From an uncultured Chloroflexia bacterium (GTDB taxonomy: Bacteria; Chloroflexota; Anaerolineae; JAAYZQ01): a stretch of DNA of 64,000 nt. Positions 17,952 to 28,328 of this stretch are shown piece by piece. Within the stretch, counting starts at the first letter, position 1; each line of letters opens with the position of its first letter. Location: contig CAVOXA010000014.1 of NCBI GenBank assembly GCA_963700285.1, forward strand, positions 800,001 to 864,000. The letters run 5' to 3'. The position numbers and the translations under genes are program-made. The notes under the pieces are model-generated. The model did not search any database. It was not told the DNA's origin and was given only the letters and a program-made list of their open reading frames with translations.

Positions 17952-19403
17952 ATGACGATCACTATCCTTGGACTGGGACCTGGCAACCCTGCAGACCTGA
18001 CCCGGCAAGCGTGGGATCTGCTCTCTGAGGCGGATGAAGTCTACCTGCGAACGGCACGCCATCCTACAGTCGCCCACCTTCCCAGCCATCTTACCCTCCA
18101 CACCTTTGACGAACTGTACGAAACACTGGACAGTTTTGACGCAGTCTATGAAATCATGGCCGAGCGCGTTGTCGCCGCGGGTCGCAGGACGAAGGGGGTC
18201 CTCTACGCTGTGCCCGGCCATCCGCTGGTAGGAGAATCATCGGTCGCTCGTATCTTGCCTGCTGCTCGCAGAGAAGGCCAGGAAGTACGTGTGGTCGATG
18301 GCCTGAGCTTCATTGAGCCGGTCTTACGGCTGCTCGGTATCGATGGTCTTCAGGGCCTACAACTGGCTGATGCCACCGAGGTAGCTGGCGCCCACCACCC
18401 TCCGCTGGACCCCGATCGCCCGGCCTTGATCGGCCAACTTTATGGCCAACGGCTTGCCAGCGAGGTGAAGCTGACTCTGATGAATGCCTACGCTGACGAC
18501 CATCCCATCACCCTGGCGCAAGCAGCCGGCACGCGGGAGCAGGCAATCACAACGATCCCTCTCTATGATCTGGACCGTGGGCAGAGGGTGGATCACTTGA
18601 CCACTCTCTACGTTCCACCGTACCCAAGAGTTAGTGGTTTGCCCGGGTTGCAGGATACGGTCGCCCGGTTGCGCGCTCCTGGCGGCTGCCCCTGGGACCA
18701 GGAGCAGACCCACCAGACTTTGAGATCCAGCCTGTTGGAGGAGAGTTACGAAGTTCTGGCCGCCCTTGACGCCGAGGACCCTGAACCTCTCTGCGAGGAA
18801 CTGGGCGACCTACTGATGCAGATTGTCATGCATGCCCAAATCGCAACCGAGGAAGGCACATTCAAGTTTCCAGATGTGATCGGCCGGATCGACGCCAAGC
18901 TCAAGCGCCGCCACCCCCACGTGTTTGGGGACCTGCAAGTAGAAGAAACATCTGACGTGCTGCGCAACTGGGAGGCCATCAAGGCCAAGGAAAGGGCCGA
19001 AAAGGGTCAGGGTCACCGCTCCCGAATGGAGGGGGTACCGGCAATCCTCCCATCGCTGGCCAGGGCTCAGGCGCTAGGCGACCGTGCTGCCCGAGATGGC
19101 TTTGATTGGCCCGATCTCGATGGTGTTCTTGACAAGGTGAATGAAGAATTGGACGAATTGCGCTCGGCCAACGACGTGGAGGCCCAGACTGCAGAACTTG
19201 GGGATCTGCTATTCTCTCTGGCGAATGCATCTCGCTGGCTTGGCGTGGATGCAGAGAGCGCGCTGCGCGGCGCCTGTGACCGCTTCACCCAGCGGTACGC
19301 TGAGATGGAACGGCAGGCTCGGACTCGCGACACCCACCTGGTTGACTTGTCGTCGGCAGAACAGGAAGCGCTCTGGCAAGAGGCAAAAACGGCAGAACTG
19401 TAA
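17952..19403 (+). CDS. mazG: Tetrapyrrole-methylase/MazG nucleoside triphosphate pyrophosphohydrolase (YabN-type)
   Basis: ILGLGPG, YAVPGHP N-domain; LRAPGGCPWD.EQT, EESYEV, EELGDLL, RRHPHVFG, GFDW. Confidence 0.92.
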   Translation: MTITILGLGPGNPADLTRQAWDLLSEADEVYLRTARHPTVAHLPSHLTLHTFDELYETLDSFDAVYEIMAERVVAAGRRTKGVLYAVPGHPLVGESSVARILPAARREGQEVRVVDGLSFIEPVLRLLGIDGLQGLQLADATEVAGAHHPPLDPDRPALIGQLYGQRLASEVKLTLMNAYADDHPITLAQAAGTREQAITTIPLYDLDRGQRVDHLTTLYVPPYPRVSGLPGLQDTVARLRAPGGCPWDQEQTHQTLRSSLLEESYEVLAALDAEDPEPLCEELGDLLMQIVMHAQIATEEGTFKFPDVIGRIDAKLKRRHPHVFGDLQVEETSDVLRNWEAIKAKERAEKGQGHRSRMEGVPAILPSLARAQALGDRAARDGFDWPDLDGVLDKVNEELDELRSANDVEAQTAELGDLLFSLANASRWLGVDAESALRGACDRFTQRYAEMERQARTRDTHLVDLSSAEQEALWQEAKTAEL

Positions 19404-19498
19404 TCGCTGTTTATCACAGCCCAAACCCGGGTAGGGCCGCCACGCCTCCAGGCGACCGCGGCCGGATTTTCTCCGCCCGCGGCCGGTGATGCAGCATT

Positions 19499-19527
19499 TT
19501 GACAAGGGTTTCTTTTCCATGTACAAT
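19499..19527 (+). promoter_or_regulatory. Sigma70 promoter for NusG paralog operon
   Basis: TTGACA-17-TACAAT. Confidence 0.75.
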
Positions 19528-19632
19528 CGCCGATGACTGGCTGAATTCGCCCGCCTCGTGGCAGGGCTCGCCATCTTGGGCCAGCCAGGAAGACAGAAAT
19601 CCATACTGGCGAAAGAACGGGGCCGGATTGGC

Positions 19633-20121
19633 ATGAAGCACTGGTACGCGCTGTACACCAAACCGCACAGAGAATACCAGGTTGAGGGCCTATTGAAGGA
19701 GTCGGGGGTTGAAACCTACCTGCCCACCTTGCAGCGCAGGTTGAAACGACGGGACCGGCCCAACCGCCTCGTCTACTTTCCATGCTATCTCTTTGCCCGC
19801 CTGGATCTTGAGGTTAACCCCCGCTCATCCATCGCCTGGATGCCCGGCGTGCGCTGCATCGTCTCTGCCGGAGAGGCACCGGTCGTGGTAGCCGATGACA
19901 TGATCGATCTGATCAAACAGCGGCTGCAGGAAACCGAGCATGTTGGCTATGGCAGCTTGAACCAAGGTGATGCCGTGCGGATTACGTCCGGGCCGCTGCG
20001 GGATCTGGAGGCCGTGTTTGAGCAGCCGCTGTCAGCAGCGCACCGGGTTCGCATCCTGCTGGACGTGATGGGGCGCATGACCGCAGTGGAAATCGACTAC
20101 GCACAGATCAAAAAAATATGA
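19633..20121 (+). CDS. NusG-paralog transcription antiterminator (RfaH/UpxY/LoaP-like)
   Basis: WYALYTKPHRE, YFPCYLF, PGVRCIV NGN domain; GDAVRITSGPL KOW domain. Confidence 0.88.
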   Translation: MKHWYALYTKPHREYQVEGLLKESGVETYLPTLQRRLKRRDRPNRLVYFPCYLFARLDLEVNPRSSIAWMPGVRCIVSAGEAPVVVADDMIDLIKQRLQETEHVGYGSLNQGDAVRITSGPLRDLEAVFEQPLSAAHRVRILLDVMGRMTAVEIDYAQIKKI

Positions 20122-20149
20122 TGGCACAATTCAGAGACGGAGGGATGCG

Positions 20150-21172
20150 TTGAAAGCGTTGATAACCGGCGGCGCCGGGTTCATCGGGAGTAATTTGGTT
20201 CACAGGCTGGTCCGAGAGGGCCATAGAGTCATTGTCTACGATGACCTTTCAAGGAGGGGGACCGACAAGAACGTAGCCTGGCTGCGCGCCGAGCATGGTG
20301 ACCGGTGGACGCTGGTCCAGGCGGACATCCGCGATTTTGAGTCGTTGCGCAGCGCTGCTGCCGATGCCGACGTTATCTACCACCTGGCATCTCAGGTGGC
20401 AGTGACGACCTCGGTACAGGATCCCCGCCACGACTTTCAGGTCAACGCTTTGGGCACTTTTAACGTGCTCGAAGCAGCGCGCCTTTCCAAGCAGAATCCC
20501 ATCGTCCTCTACTCTTCGACGAACAAAGTGTACGGCGGCATGGAGGATGTGGTCGTCGTGGAGGGCGAGACCAGCTATGCCTATCGCGATTATCCGAGGG
20601 GAATACCCGAGACCTACCCCCTGGACTTTCACTCACCCTATGGCTGCTCCAAGGGAGCGGGGGATCAGTACGTACGTGACTATGCCCGCATCTATGGACT
20701 GCGTACGGTGGTATGCCGCCAGAGTTGTATCTACGGGTCGCGGCAGTTCGGCGTCGAGGACCAGGGCTGGGTGGCCTGGTTCCTCATCGCCATCGTGACA
20801 GGCCAGCCGATTACCATCTATGGCGATGGCAAGCAAGTGCGCGACGTCCTTTGGGTAGACGACCTCCTGGAACTCTATCAGGCCGCCGTCGATCGCATCG
20901 ATGTGGCTGCAGGTCAGGTCTACAACGTAGGAGGCGGTCCCGAGAATACTCTGGCGGTGTGGAGCGAACTAGGCCCCGTGCTCAGAACGCTCATGGGGCA
21001 TGATATTGACGTTGGCCACAGTGATTGGCGCCCTGGGGACCAGCGCATATTTGTGGCCGATATCGGCAAAGCCGAGAGGGAGTTGGGCTGGCGTCCCAAG
21101 GTCAGCAAAGAGCAGGGTGTTCGCAGCCTCTATGAGTGGGTGGTGTCCAACAAAGCACTGTTTGATGCTTGA
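20150..21172 (+). CDS. NDP-sugar epimerase, CDP-paratose 2-epimerase (RfbE)-like
   Basis: GGAGFIG, HLASQVAVTTS, STNKVYG, SPYGCSKG, RQFGVEDQGWVAW, WRPGDQ. Confidence 0.85.
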   Translation: MKALITGGAGFIGSNLVHRLVREGHRVIVYDDLSRRGTDKNVAWLRAEHGDRWTLVQADIRDFESLRSAAADADVIYHLASQVAVTTSVQDPRHDFQVNALGTFNVLEAARLSKQNPIVLYSSTNKVYGGMEDVVVVEGETSYAYRDYPRGIPETYPLDFHSPYGCSKGAGDQYVRDYARIYGLRTVVCRQSCIYGSRQFGVEDQGWVAWFLIAIVTGQPITIYGDGKQVRDVLWVDDLLELYQAAVDRIDVAAGQVYNVGGGPENTLAVWSELGPVLRTLMGHDIDVGHSDWRPGDQRIFVADIGKAERELGWRPKVSKEQGVRSLYEWVVSNKALFDA

Positions 21173-21194
21173 CAAGAGATCACAGACTTGGATA

Positions 21195-21233
21195 GCAACA
21201 GGCTCCCTCAGAAACGGGAGCCTGTTGTTTGTT
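21195..21233 (+). terminator. Intrinsic terminator after epimerase
   Basis: caacaggctccc/gggagcctgttg 12-bp stem followed by tttgtt. Confidence 0.8.
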
Positions 21234-21275
21234 AGCCGGCCATCAGGAGCCGGACCCCGCAATCGGCACGCCCGT

Positions 21276-23003
21276 TCATCTCCTTCGCTGCTCTTGCCGA
21301 GCCTGCTCGAGCTTGGCCCAAGTATCGCGCAGGGTAATGGTTCGATTGAAAACGAGTTCCTGATCGGACGAATCAGGATCGACACAAAAGTAACCCAACC
21401 GCAAGAACTGGTAGCGGCTTCCCGCTTCTGCGCCGGCCAGACTCTGCTCCACCTTGCACCCAGTTAGAACCTCTAGCGAGTCCGGGTTGACATTGTCCTT
21501 GAAGCTGCCCCCCTCCCCCACCTCGCCTGGATCCGCCGTGGACAAAAGATAGTCGTACAGACGAACCCGAGCTTCCAGTGCATGAGGCGCCGAAACCCAA
21601 TGCAGCGTGCCCCTCACCTTGCGACCATCGGGTGACGCCCCCCCGCGGGACTCGGGGTCGTAGCTGCAGCGCAACTCGACCACCTCACCGGTCCGCTCAT
21701 CCTTGATCACATCGGTACAGGTCACATAGTAGGCATGCTTGAGACGAACCTCGCGACCGGGCGCCAGCCGGAACCAGTTTTTCGGCGGATCCTCGCGAAA
21801 GTCCTCCTGTTCCACGTACAGCACTCGGGAGAAAGGAACGTCCCTGGTGCCCGCGCTATCGTCTTCGGGATTGTTGACAGCCTCAAACTCCTCGACCTGG
21901 CCCTCGGAATAATTCTCGATGACAACGCAAAGCGGGCGCAACACGGCCATCACGCGCGGGGCTCGTTCGTTCAGATCCTGGCGAACGCAGTGCTCAAGCA
22001 GTGCAATATCTACCAAGCTTTCGTTCTTTGCTACACCAATGCGCTTCAGGAAGACTCGGATTGCCTCCGACGTATAGCCCCGGCGTCGCATGCCGGCAAT
22101 AGTCGGCATCCGTGGGTCGTCCCACCCGTAGACATAACCCTCATTCACCAGTTGCAGCAAGTAGCGCTTGCTCAGTATCGTATGGGAAAGATTCAGGCGT
22201 GCAAACTCGATCTGACGAGGATGGAATATGCCCAACTGCTCAATGAACCAGTCATAGAGAGGGCGATGTTCTTCGTAGCCCAGATCGCAGAGGGAATGGG
22301 TAATCCCCTCTATCGAGTCCGACTGCCCATGGGCCCAATCGTACATGGGATAAATGCACCACTCATCCCCCGTGCGGTGATGGCTGGCATGTAAGATACG
22401 GTACATGACCGGGTCGCGAAGGTTCATATTGCCCGATTGCATGTCGATCTTGGCCCGCAGGACGTGAGCGCCATCGGGGAACTCGCCAGCTCGCATGCGC
22501 TGGAAAAGATCAAGATTCTCCTCGACCGTGCGATTGCGATAGGGGCTGTCCTTGCCAGGTACCCCAAAAGCACCGCGGTAGTCCTTGATTTCCTCCGGAC
22601 TCAGGCTATCGACGTACGCCTTCCCATCGCGGACCAACAGCAGAGCCCACTCGTATAGCTGCTCGAAATAGTCCGAGGCATAGTATTCCCGATCATCCCA
22701 GTCATAGCCGAGCCATCTTATGTCGCCCTTGATGGCTTCCACGTACTCGGTCTCTTCCTTGACCGGATTGGTGTCGTCAAATCGCAGGTTGCCCTTTCCC
22801 CCAAAATCCTGTGCTATACCGAAATCGATACTGATCGCCTTGGCGTGGCCGATATGCATATAGCCATTGGGCTCGGGCGGGAAGCGCGTGTGCACGCGAT
22901 CAAACCGTCCCGTCTCAAGGTCCTCGGCAACCGCTTCGCGGATAAAGTCAGAGGGAGTGTCGGGCTCAACTGCCGTCGGGTTCGCGGGCGCCTTCTTGTC
23001 CAT
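21276..23003 (-). CDS. glnS: Glutamine--tRNA ligase
   Basis: [50 protein letters not shown]. Confidence 0.96.
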   Translation of the reverse strand: MDKKAPANPTAVEPDTPSDFIREAVAEDLETGRFDRVHTRFPPEPNGYMHIGHAKAISIDFGIAQDFGGKGNLRFDDTNPVKEETEYVEAIKGDIRWLGYDWDDREYYASDYFEQLYEWALLLVRDGKAYVDSLSPEEIKDYRGAFGVPGKDSPYRNRTVEENLDLFQRMRAGEFPDGAHVLRAKIDMQSGNMNLRDPVMYRILHASHHRTGDEWCIYPMYDWAHGQSDSIEGITHSLCDLGYEEHRPLYDWFIEQLGIFHPRQIEFARLNLSHTILSKRYLLQLVNEGYVYGWDDPRMPTIAGMRRRGYTSEAIRVFLKRIGVAKNESLVDIALLEHCVRQDLNERAPRVMAVLRPLCVVIENYSEGQVEEFEAVNNPEDDSAGTRDVPFSRVLYVEQEDFREDPPKNWFRLAPGREVRLKHAYYVTCTDVIKDERTGEVVELRCSYDPESRGGASPDGRKVRGTLHWVSAPHALEARVRLYDYLLSTADPGEVGEGGSFKDNVNPDSLEVLTGCKVEQSLAGAEAGSRYQFLRLGYFCVDPDSSDQELVFNRTITLRDTWAKLEQARQEQRRR

Positions 23004-23047
23004 GAGTTCTTCTCCTATACTGCCAGATAACGATTATGATAGCGCAT

Positions 23048-23076
23048 AGTATATCACGACACTGGCCGATGGTCAA
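23048..23076 (-). promoter_or_regulatory. Sigma70-like promoter for glnS
   Basis: Minus strand TTGACC-17-TATACT with TGn. Confidence 0.7.
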
Positions 23077-23246
23077 CCCAAATCCAGGTCCCTAGAAACC
23101 CTCTGGGCAAACCCACAGGTTCTATCGAAAACGGGGCCGGCACGTTACCTGCCAGGCGCCAACTTGCGCTCTCCGTACTCAGGGTCCTGAAACTTGCCTG
23201 GTCCTGAGTGGGTCTGGAGACGCCGCCTCACTGGGAAGCGCGTCAA

Positions 23247-24119
23247 CTACAGCCCGCGGACCGCCTTTACCGCATCCATATAGCGCCGCACTCGATCCAG
23301 GTCTATCGGATTCTCTGCAACGCCATCGACCTTCAAGCTACTGCCAACAATGGCCCCGTCCGCGTACTGCAGAAAGCCAGCGACATTCTCGGCAGTTGTA
23401 CCACTGCCCATCAAAATCGGCCTCGTTGCCAGTTCTTTCGCTCGGCGAACCTTGTCCAGGGGCGGCGCCGAGCCGGTCATCCTACCCGAGACAATCAACG
23501 CATCGGCACGGTAAAACTCGGTCCACTCGATGTGTGTCTCCAGATCCAACCCAGGGAAGGGGATCGAGTGTTTTTTGTCGACGTCAGCAAAGAGCTTCAC
23601 ATGCTCAGCTCCCAGCTCCTTGCGCCGGCGGAGCAGATCCGCAGCACAGCCCTTGTCCAAGCCACCCGTATCCCAAAGCCGTGCGCCGGTAAGGATGCAC
23701 ACACGGATAAAAGCTGCACCAGCCGCCACAGCAATAGCCAGTTCCGCAAAAGCGCCATTGTGGATCACATTGACGCCTACCGGTACAGGCGTCTCGGGCT
23801 GCGCTGCCATTTCAACCACGGCACGGGCAGCTACAGCCTGCGCGGCAGCAGATTCCAGTGGAACACTGGCGCCAGCATAGTAGGGTAGATCCCACATATT
23901 CTCCACGATCAGACCATCGACACCACCCTCCAGTAACGCTTCGGCATCACACCGGGCATGGTCCAAGATGGTACCAATGCCATAGCCCGAGTATCCGGGC
24001 GCCCCAGGAAGAGGCCAAAGGTGAACCATACCAATCACCGGCTTTTGCACACCGAACATACCAGCCAATGAATCCAAACGGATATCATCGAGATGCTGCT
24101 TCCACAATACGTCTGCCAC
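23247..24119 (-). CDS. BtpA/SgcQ family TIM-barrel protein
   Basis: KPVIGMVHL.PLPGAP, GVDGLIVEN.WDLPY, GVNV, ADVDKKH, IVSG..TG, DGAIVGSSLK; GTG start with SD aaggggg. Confidence 0.88.
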   Translation of the reverse strand: MADVLWKQHLDDIRLDSLAGMFGVQKPVIGMVHLWPLPGAPGYSGYGIGTILDHARCDAEALLEGGVDGLIVENMWDLPYYAGASVPLESAAAQAVAARAVVEMAAQPETPVPVGVNVIHNGAFAELAIAVAAGAAFIRVCILTGARLWDTGGLDKGCAADLLRRRKELGAEHVKLFADVDKKHSIPFPGLDLETHIEWTEFYRADALIVSGRMTGSAPPLDKVRRAKELATRPILMGSGTTAENVAGFLQYADGAIVGSSLKVDGVAENPIDLDRVRRYMDAVKAVRGL

Positions 24120-24257
24120 TTGGATTCCCCCTTTGTTTATGTCCAATTGAATGCGATGCCCTGCCCTATCCTGGACTCCCGCAGAATCTGAATTCCGGCA
24201 TCCCGGGAGCAGTGCCGCCGATCCGAGACCATCCCAAAACAAACGGGAACGGGTCAT

Positions 24258-25259
24258 TCACGCAGTCAATGTCCTGACAAAGCCGATCACCCGGTCGAGG
24301 CTGTCTTGATCTATGCATTCCACTGGGTCAAGACGGGACCGAGTGAGCAACACCAACAAATCGCCAGCCGCTGGGACAGAGCCTCCAGCTCCGACGCGTG
24401 TCGCGGTCAGCGCTCCCATGACGTTGGCCAACAGACCCGCAGCGGGCCAATCCAGAGCCGCCAGGTGGGCCGCCAGCAATCCAGCCGCAAAGCTGTCACC
24501 GGCGCCAGTACTATCCCGGGCCTGGACGCTGAAACCTGGCACATGAAACGTGTTCATGCCGTCAGAGATCAAGCATCCATCCAGGCCAAGCTTCAAGGCC
24601 ACCAAGCGCGCCCCTGCGGCCACCAAGGCTTGAGCACAGTCTTCAGGTGCACTCAGATGGGTCAGCGCCCTGGCTTCGGCCAGGTTCGGCAGGAATATGT
24701 CGATGCCGGGCAGGAGGCTTCGCATCCTTGCCGCCACGGCCGGGTCGCCACCCAGGCCCGGATCAAGAGCCACGATCAAACCATGGCGGTGAGCCAATTC
24801 CAGGGCCAGGAGGGCGGCACTGCGCTGAGGTTCGGCCAGCAGAGCATAGCCCGAGAGATAGAAAAGATGGGCATCCTCAAAGTCATCTGCGGTCAGCAGC
24901 CGAGGATCGGTGAAAGCGTTCGCTCCACGATAGCCAAGGATAGTACGCTCGCCGTCAGGTGTGACCACAATATACATGGAACCAGTCATGACCTGCGGAT
25001 CTCGTTGGAGCCTACCAAGACCAACTCCAGCTTCACGCAGCCAGCGCAGCGCGACGGAAGCCCAAGGGTCAGGGCCAACACGCGCGATCAACAGCGTCTC
25101 GACGCCCAGAACTGAAAGAGCCGTAGAAGTGTTGGCCGCCGCTCCCCCACAATGAAATGCGGTAGCGCTGGCAAAGGCATCCTGGCCCAGGATAGGGAAA
25201 GCGGGATAGTGGGCAATGACATCCACATTGATGTCGCCCAGCGCCACAACTTGGGTCAT
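24258..25259 (-). CDS. PfkB family carbohydrate kinase
   Basis: GGAAANT, ARVG.D, DGERT, PNLAEA, KLG..G, DSTGAGDSFAAG. Confidence 0.92.
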   Translation of the reverse strand: MTQVVALGDINVDVIAHYPAFPILGQDAFASATAFHCGGAAANTSTALSVLGVETLLIARVGPDPWASVALRWLREAGVGLGRLQRDPQVMTGSMYIVVTPDGERTILGYRGANAFTDPRLLTADDFEDAHLFYLSGYALLAEPQRSAALLALELAHRHGLIVALDPGLGGDPAVAARMRSLLPGIDIFLPNLAEARALTHLSAPEDCAQALVAAGARLVALKLGLDGCLISDGMNTFHVPGFSVQARDSTGAGDSFAAGLLAAHLAALDWPAAGLLANVMGALTATRVGAGGSVPAAGDLLVLLTRSRLDPVECIDQDSLDRVIGFVRTLTA

Positions 25260-25427
25260 GTCACGCAGCCTTCTGTCGCTCGAAACCAGGCTTCGCATTG
25301 GTTCAGACTGTGCCCAGCAGTTCAGGCAATGCGCGAGCCAGCTCGGTCAGATGGCTTGCCACAGACGACATACTATGCCGATAGAAGGCAGCCTCCCCCG
25401 AGACGGGTCAATGGCAACTACGCGCGC

Positions 25428-25763
25428 CTAGTCTGCAGGCATGAGGCAAGGACGACGCGCATGGAAGCTCAGGTAAGTGAAGGGCCCACCCGCACTTCGC
25501 AGTTTGCGGGCCGTCCCTTTGGGAATATAGAAGAAATCGCCATCGGTCAGGAGGTGCTGTTGGCCATCGACCTGTAAAAAGCCCTCACCCTCCAAGACCA
25601 CACCGGCTACATCGACCTCGGCATTGATATGTAGGGGCACGCCTTCCCCTCCGTCAAACCGTAGACAATTGCAGTCCAGATCCGGGCTTCCCAGCGAGAA
25701 GATAGGCCCATTGTACTCGGGATCCGTATCCGTCTCAAAGAGATTGACGATCTTTGGTTCCAT
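25428..25763 (-). CDS. Cupin domain protein
   Basis: PLHIN.EVD..VVLEGEG..VDG..L..GD.FYIPKG. Confidence 0.8.
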   Translation of the reverse strand: MEPKIVNLFETDTDPEYNGPIFSLGSPDLDCNCLRFDGGEGVPLHINAEVDVAGVVLEGEGFLQVDGQQHLLTDGDFFYIPKGTARKLRSAGGPFTYLSFHARRPCLMPAD

Positions 25764-26035
25764 CTCGGCCCTCCAGCTATTGTGCTTCTGAGACGCACCG
25801 TGCAAAAGTGGCATCGGACGCCAGCGTTGAAACTCTCACTCGAGCATGCTGCATTGTACTGCAAAAGCTGGGCCAGAGCAAGTAGACCGCGCATAGGACA
25901 CCGCCTTGCGGTTTTCGACTTGATCTGGTACTATGGGGGCAGGGTGATTGCCGTCCAGAATCACGTCAAATTGCCCCATCGAATCGGTCCCTGCAATCGG
26001 ACTGTTTGCGCTGCATCGAGTGATTGGAGGAAAAC

Positions 26036-26914
26036 ATGATCCAAGAGGTCGCTCCCAAGATATTTGTCGAGACTGAATTCCACGGAGCGAATGTAGGTTT
26101 TGTCGTCACCAGCGAAGGCGTGATCCTCATCGACACGCCGATGTTGCCGGATGACGCCCATCTATGGCAGGAGGAGATCAGACAGCGGACTGACAAGGAG
26201 ATCCGCTACATTATCAACACTGACCACCACCGGGCCCATATCGTCGGCAACCAGTACTTTCCAATGGCGACAGTTATTGCCCATGAATTCGCGTGGAAAA
26301 ACATGCAGAGCTACGGTGATAGCTTCCGCACACGACTGCTGAACCTATACGGCGACCGGATCCCCGAAGCAGCAGAGGAGTGGAAGCAACACCTCGAAAT
26401 CACGTTGCCAGAGATCACATTCACGGACCGAACCATACTGTTCAGCGGGGACAAAGAGATCCAGATGGTCCCGGTAGGCGGTCACACACCCGCAACGACC
26501 GTGATCTATTTCCCCAATGAAAGACTGCTGTTCGCAGGGGATCTGGTAGTCACAGACCGCCCGCCTTTTCTATCTCAGGGGAATACCAAGGAATGGCTAC
26601 AGGCATTGACCTACCTGCGCAAGCTGCAGTACGACATTCTCATCCCAGGTCACGGCGAAGTGACTGGCAAAGAGGCCACGGAGCGCATGTCCGAGTTCTT
26701 GCGCCTGGTTCGACGCAAGGTACGCAGTGCTTACCGCGCTGGCCTAACCAAGGCGGACACTGCGCGGAGTTTGAGATACCTTATCCATCAGTGGCCAATC
26801 CCGCCCTTCGAGAAACCCAAGGCTGATCGCCGCTTCAAGTCATCCCTGAACCGGGTCTGGAATGAGATACGCGCCGAAGCGATGGCCAAGAGCAAGGCCG
26901 GTACCAAAAGGTAG
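26036..26914 (+). CDS. MBL-fold metallo-hydrolase (cyclase-like)
   Basis: NVGFVVT..GVILIDT, INTDHHRAH..GN, GHT, LFAGDLV, IPGHG; SD ggagg. Confidence 0.88.
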   Translation: MIQEVAPKIFVETEFHGANVGFVVTSEGVILIDTPMLPDDAHLWQEEIRQRTDKEIRYIINTDHHRAHIVGNQYFPMATVIAHEFAWKNMQSYGDSFRTRLLNLYGDRIPEAAEEWKQHLEITLPEITFTDRTILFSGDKEIQMVPVGGHTPATTVIYFPNERLLFAGDLVVTDRPPFLSQGNTKEWLQALTYLRKLQYDILIPGHGEVTGKEATERMSEFLRLVRRKVRSAYRAGLTKADTARSLRYLIHQWPIPPFEKPKADRRFKSSLNRVWNEIRAEAMAKSKAGTKR

Positions 26915-27032
26915 TAGATCCATCGCCAGTCTTGTCAAAACCTTCTGCATGAATCCTGCACATACGGTAGGTACAATCATAGGGCTTGGCCCGTGGAACC
27001 ACGGGGTATTCTCGTTAAGTCTGGTTGGATAG

Positions 27033-28271
27033 ATGGGAACACCAACTTTGGACAGCCGTAGCGAAAGCCGGCAACAGTCACCACGACAATACAGAATTCT
27101 GATGGTCGCCCCCACCTCTTTCTTTTCCGATTACGGCTGCTCGGTACGCATCCTGGAGGAGACACGAGTTCTGCAGAGGCTGGGCCACGATCTGACCGTA
27201 TGCACGTACCGTAACGGGCAGGAGGTACCCGGCCTGTCTGTCCGCCGGACTCCCAGTATCCCATTCCGGCAACACTATGAAGTCGGATCGTCACCCCACA
27301 AGATTCTCTTTGACCTACTCCTATTCTGGACCGTGCTGTTCACTGCCCTGCGCCACCGCCCTGATGTCATCCACGCACATATGCACGAAGGGGCCTTGAT
27401 CGGCCTGATGGTCGGTCGCCTGCTGCATATTCCTCTGGTCTTTGATTTTCAGGGGAGCTTGACCGGTGAGATGCTGGACCACAGGTTCTTGAGTCGAAAC
27501 AGCATCCTCTACCGTCCACTGCGGTGGCTGGAAACAACCGTCGATCACCTGTCACCCATCATCCTCACGAGTTCCCACAACGCCAAGAACGCACTGGTCA
27601 GTGACTTTGGCTGCGTCCCAGAGCAAATATACCCCGTGGCCGACTGTGTGGACCCCGCTATCTTTTTCCCGGCCGAGAAAAGTGAGATGGCCGCTTTGGC
27701 CAAGCGACGGGCGTGCCTGGGAATTCCTGTGGGCCGCAAGATCGTCGTGTACCTGGGACTGCTCGCAGACTATCAGGGTACTGACACCCTGCTCCATGCC
27801 GTGAGCCTACTCTTGCAGCAGCGCGACGACGTACATTTTCTTATCATGGGTTTTCCAGCAGTCGAGCATTATCAAAACATGGCCAGACGACTGGGTGTAG
27901 CCGATCACACCACCTTCACTGGCAAAGTCCCGTATCCACAGGCACGGGACCACTTGGCAGTGGGAGATGTCGCCGTCGCCCCCAAGTTGTCAAAGACTGA
28001 AGGCAGCGGCAAGACTCTCAACTATATGGCCATGGGCCTGCCCACTGTGGCTTTTGATACGCCGGTCAGCCGGGAGTACCTGGCGGATGTGGGATTCTAT
28101 GCGACTCCGGGCGATCCGGGTTCCCTCGCTGAGGCCATGTTGAGAGGCCTATCCGAGGCCCCAGACAGTCGTCGCGGGCAAGTCCTTCGCCAGATGGCCG
28201 TGGAGGACTATTCCTGGGATCGAGCTGTGGAAACCGTCCTGCGAGCCTACAAGTCGGTTTGCCATGGATGA
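27033..28271 (+). CDS. Glycosyltransferase family 4
   Basis: PDVIHAH, YLGLL..YQG, KTLNYMAMGLPTVA GT-B motifs. Confidence 0.88.
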   Translation: MGTPTLDSRSESRQQSPRQYRILMVAPTSFFSDYGCSVRILEETRVLQRLGHDLTVCTYRNGQEVPGLSVRRTPSIPFRQHYEVGSSPHKILFDLLLFWTVLFTALRHRPDVIHAHMHEGALIGLMVGRLLHIPLVFDFQGSLTGEMLDHRFLSRNSILYRPLRWLETTVDHLSPIILTSSHNAKNALVSDFGCVPEQIYPVADCVDPAIFFPAEKSEMAALAKRRACLGIPVGRKIVVYLGLLADYQGTDTLLHAVSLLLQQRDDVHFLIMGFPAVEHYQNMARRLGVADHTTFTGKVPYPQARDHLAVGDVAVAPKLSKTEGSGKTLNYMAMGLPTVAFDTPVSREYLADVGFYATPGDPGSLAEAMLRGLSEAPDSRRGQVLRQMAVEDYSWDRAVETVLRAYKSVCHG

Positions 28272-28287
28272 CCAACCGTGATATAAT
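28259..28287 (+). promoter_or_regulatory. Sigma70-like promoter for wzm
   Basis: TTGCCA-17-TATAAT with TGn. Confidence 0.7.
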
Positions 28288-28328
28288 GCGCCGCTTGGTA
28301 GGCATCGCAATGCTGGACATGGAGACGC

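Noticed and set aside
23104-23140. gggcaaaccc...gaaa...gggg riboswitch-like stretch
   Set aside because: On the wrong strand for both flanking genes and lacks the GACGCAAA continuation.
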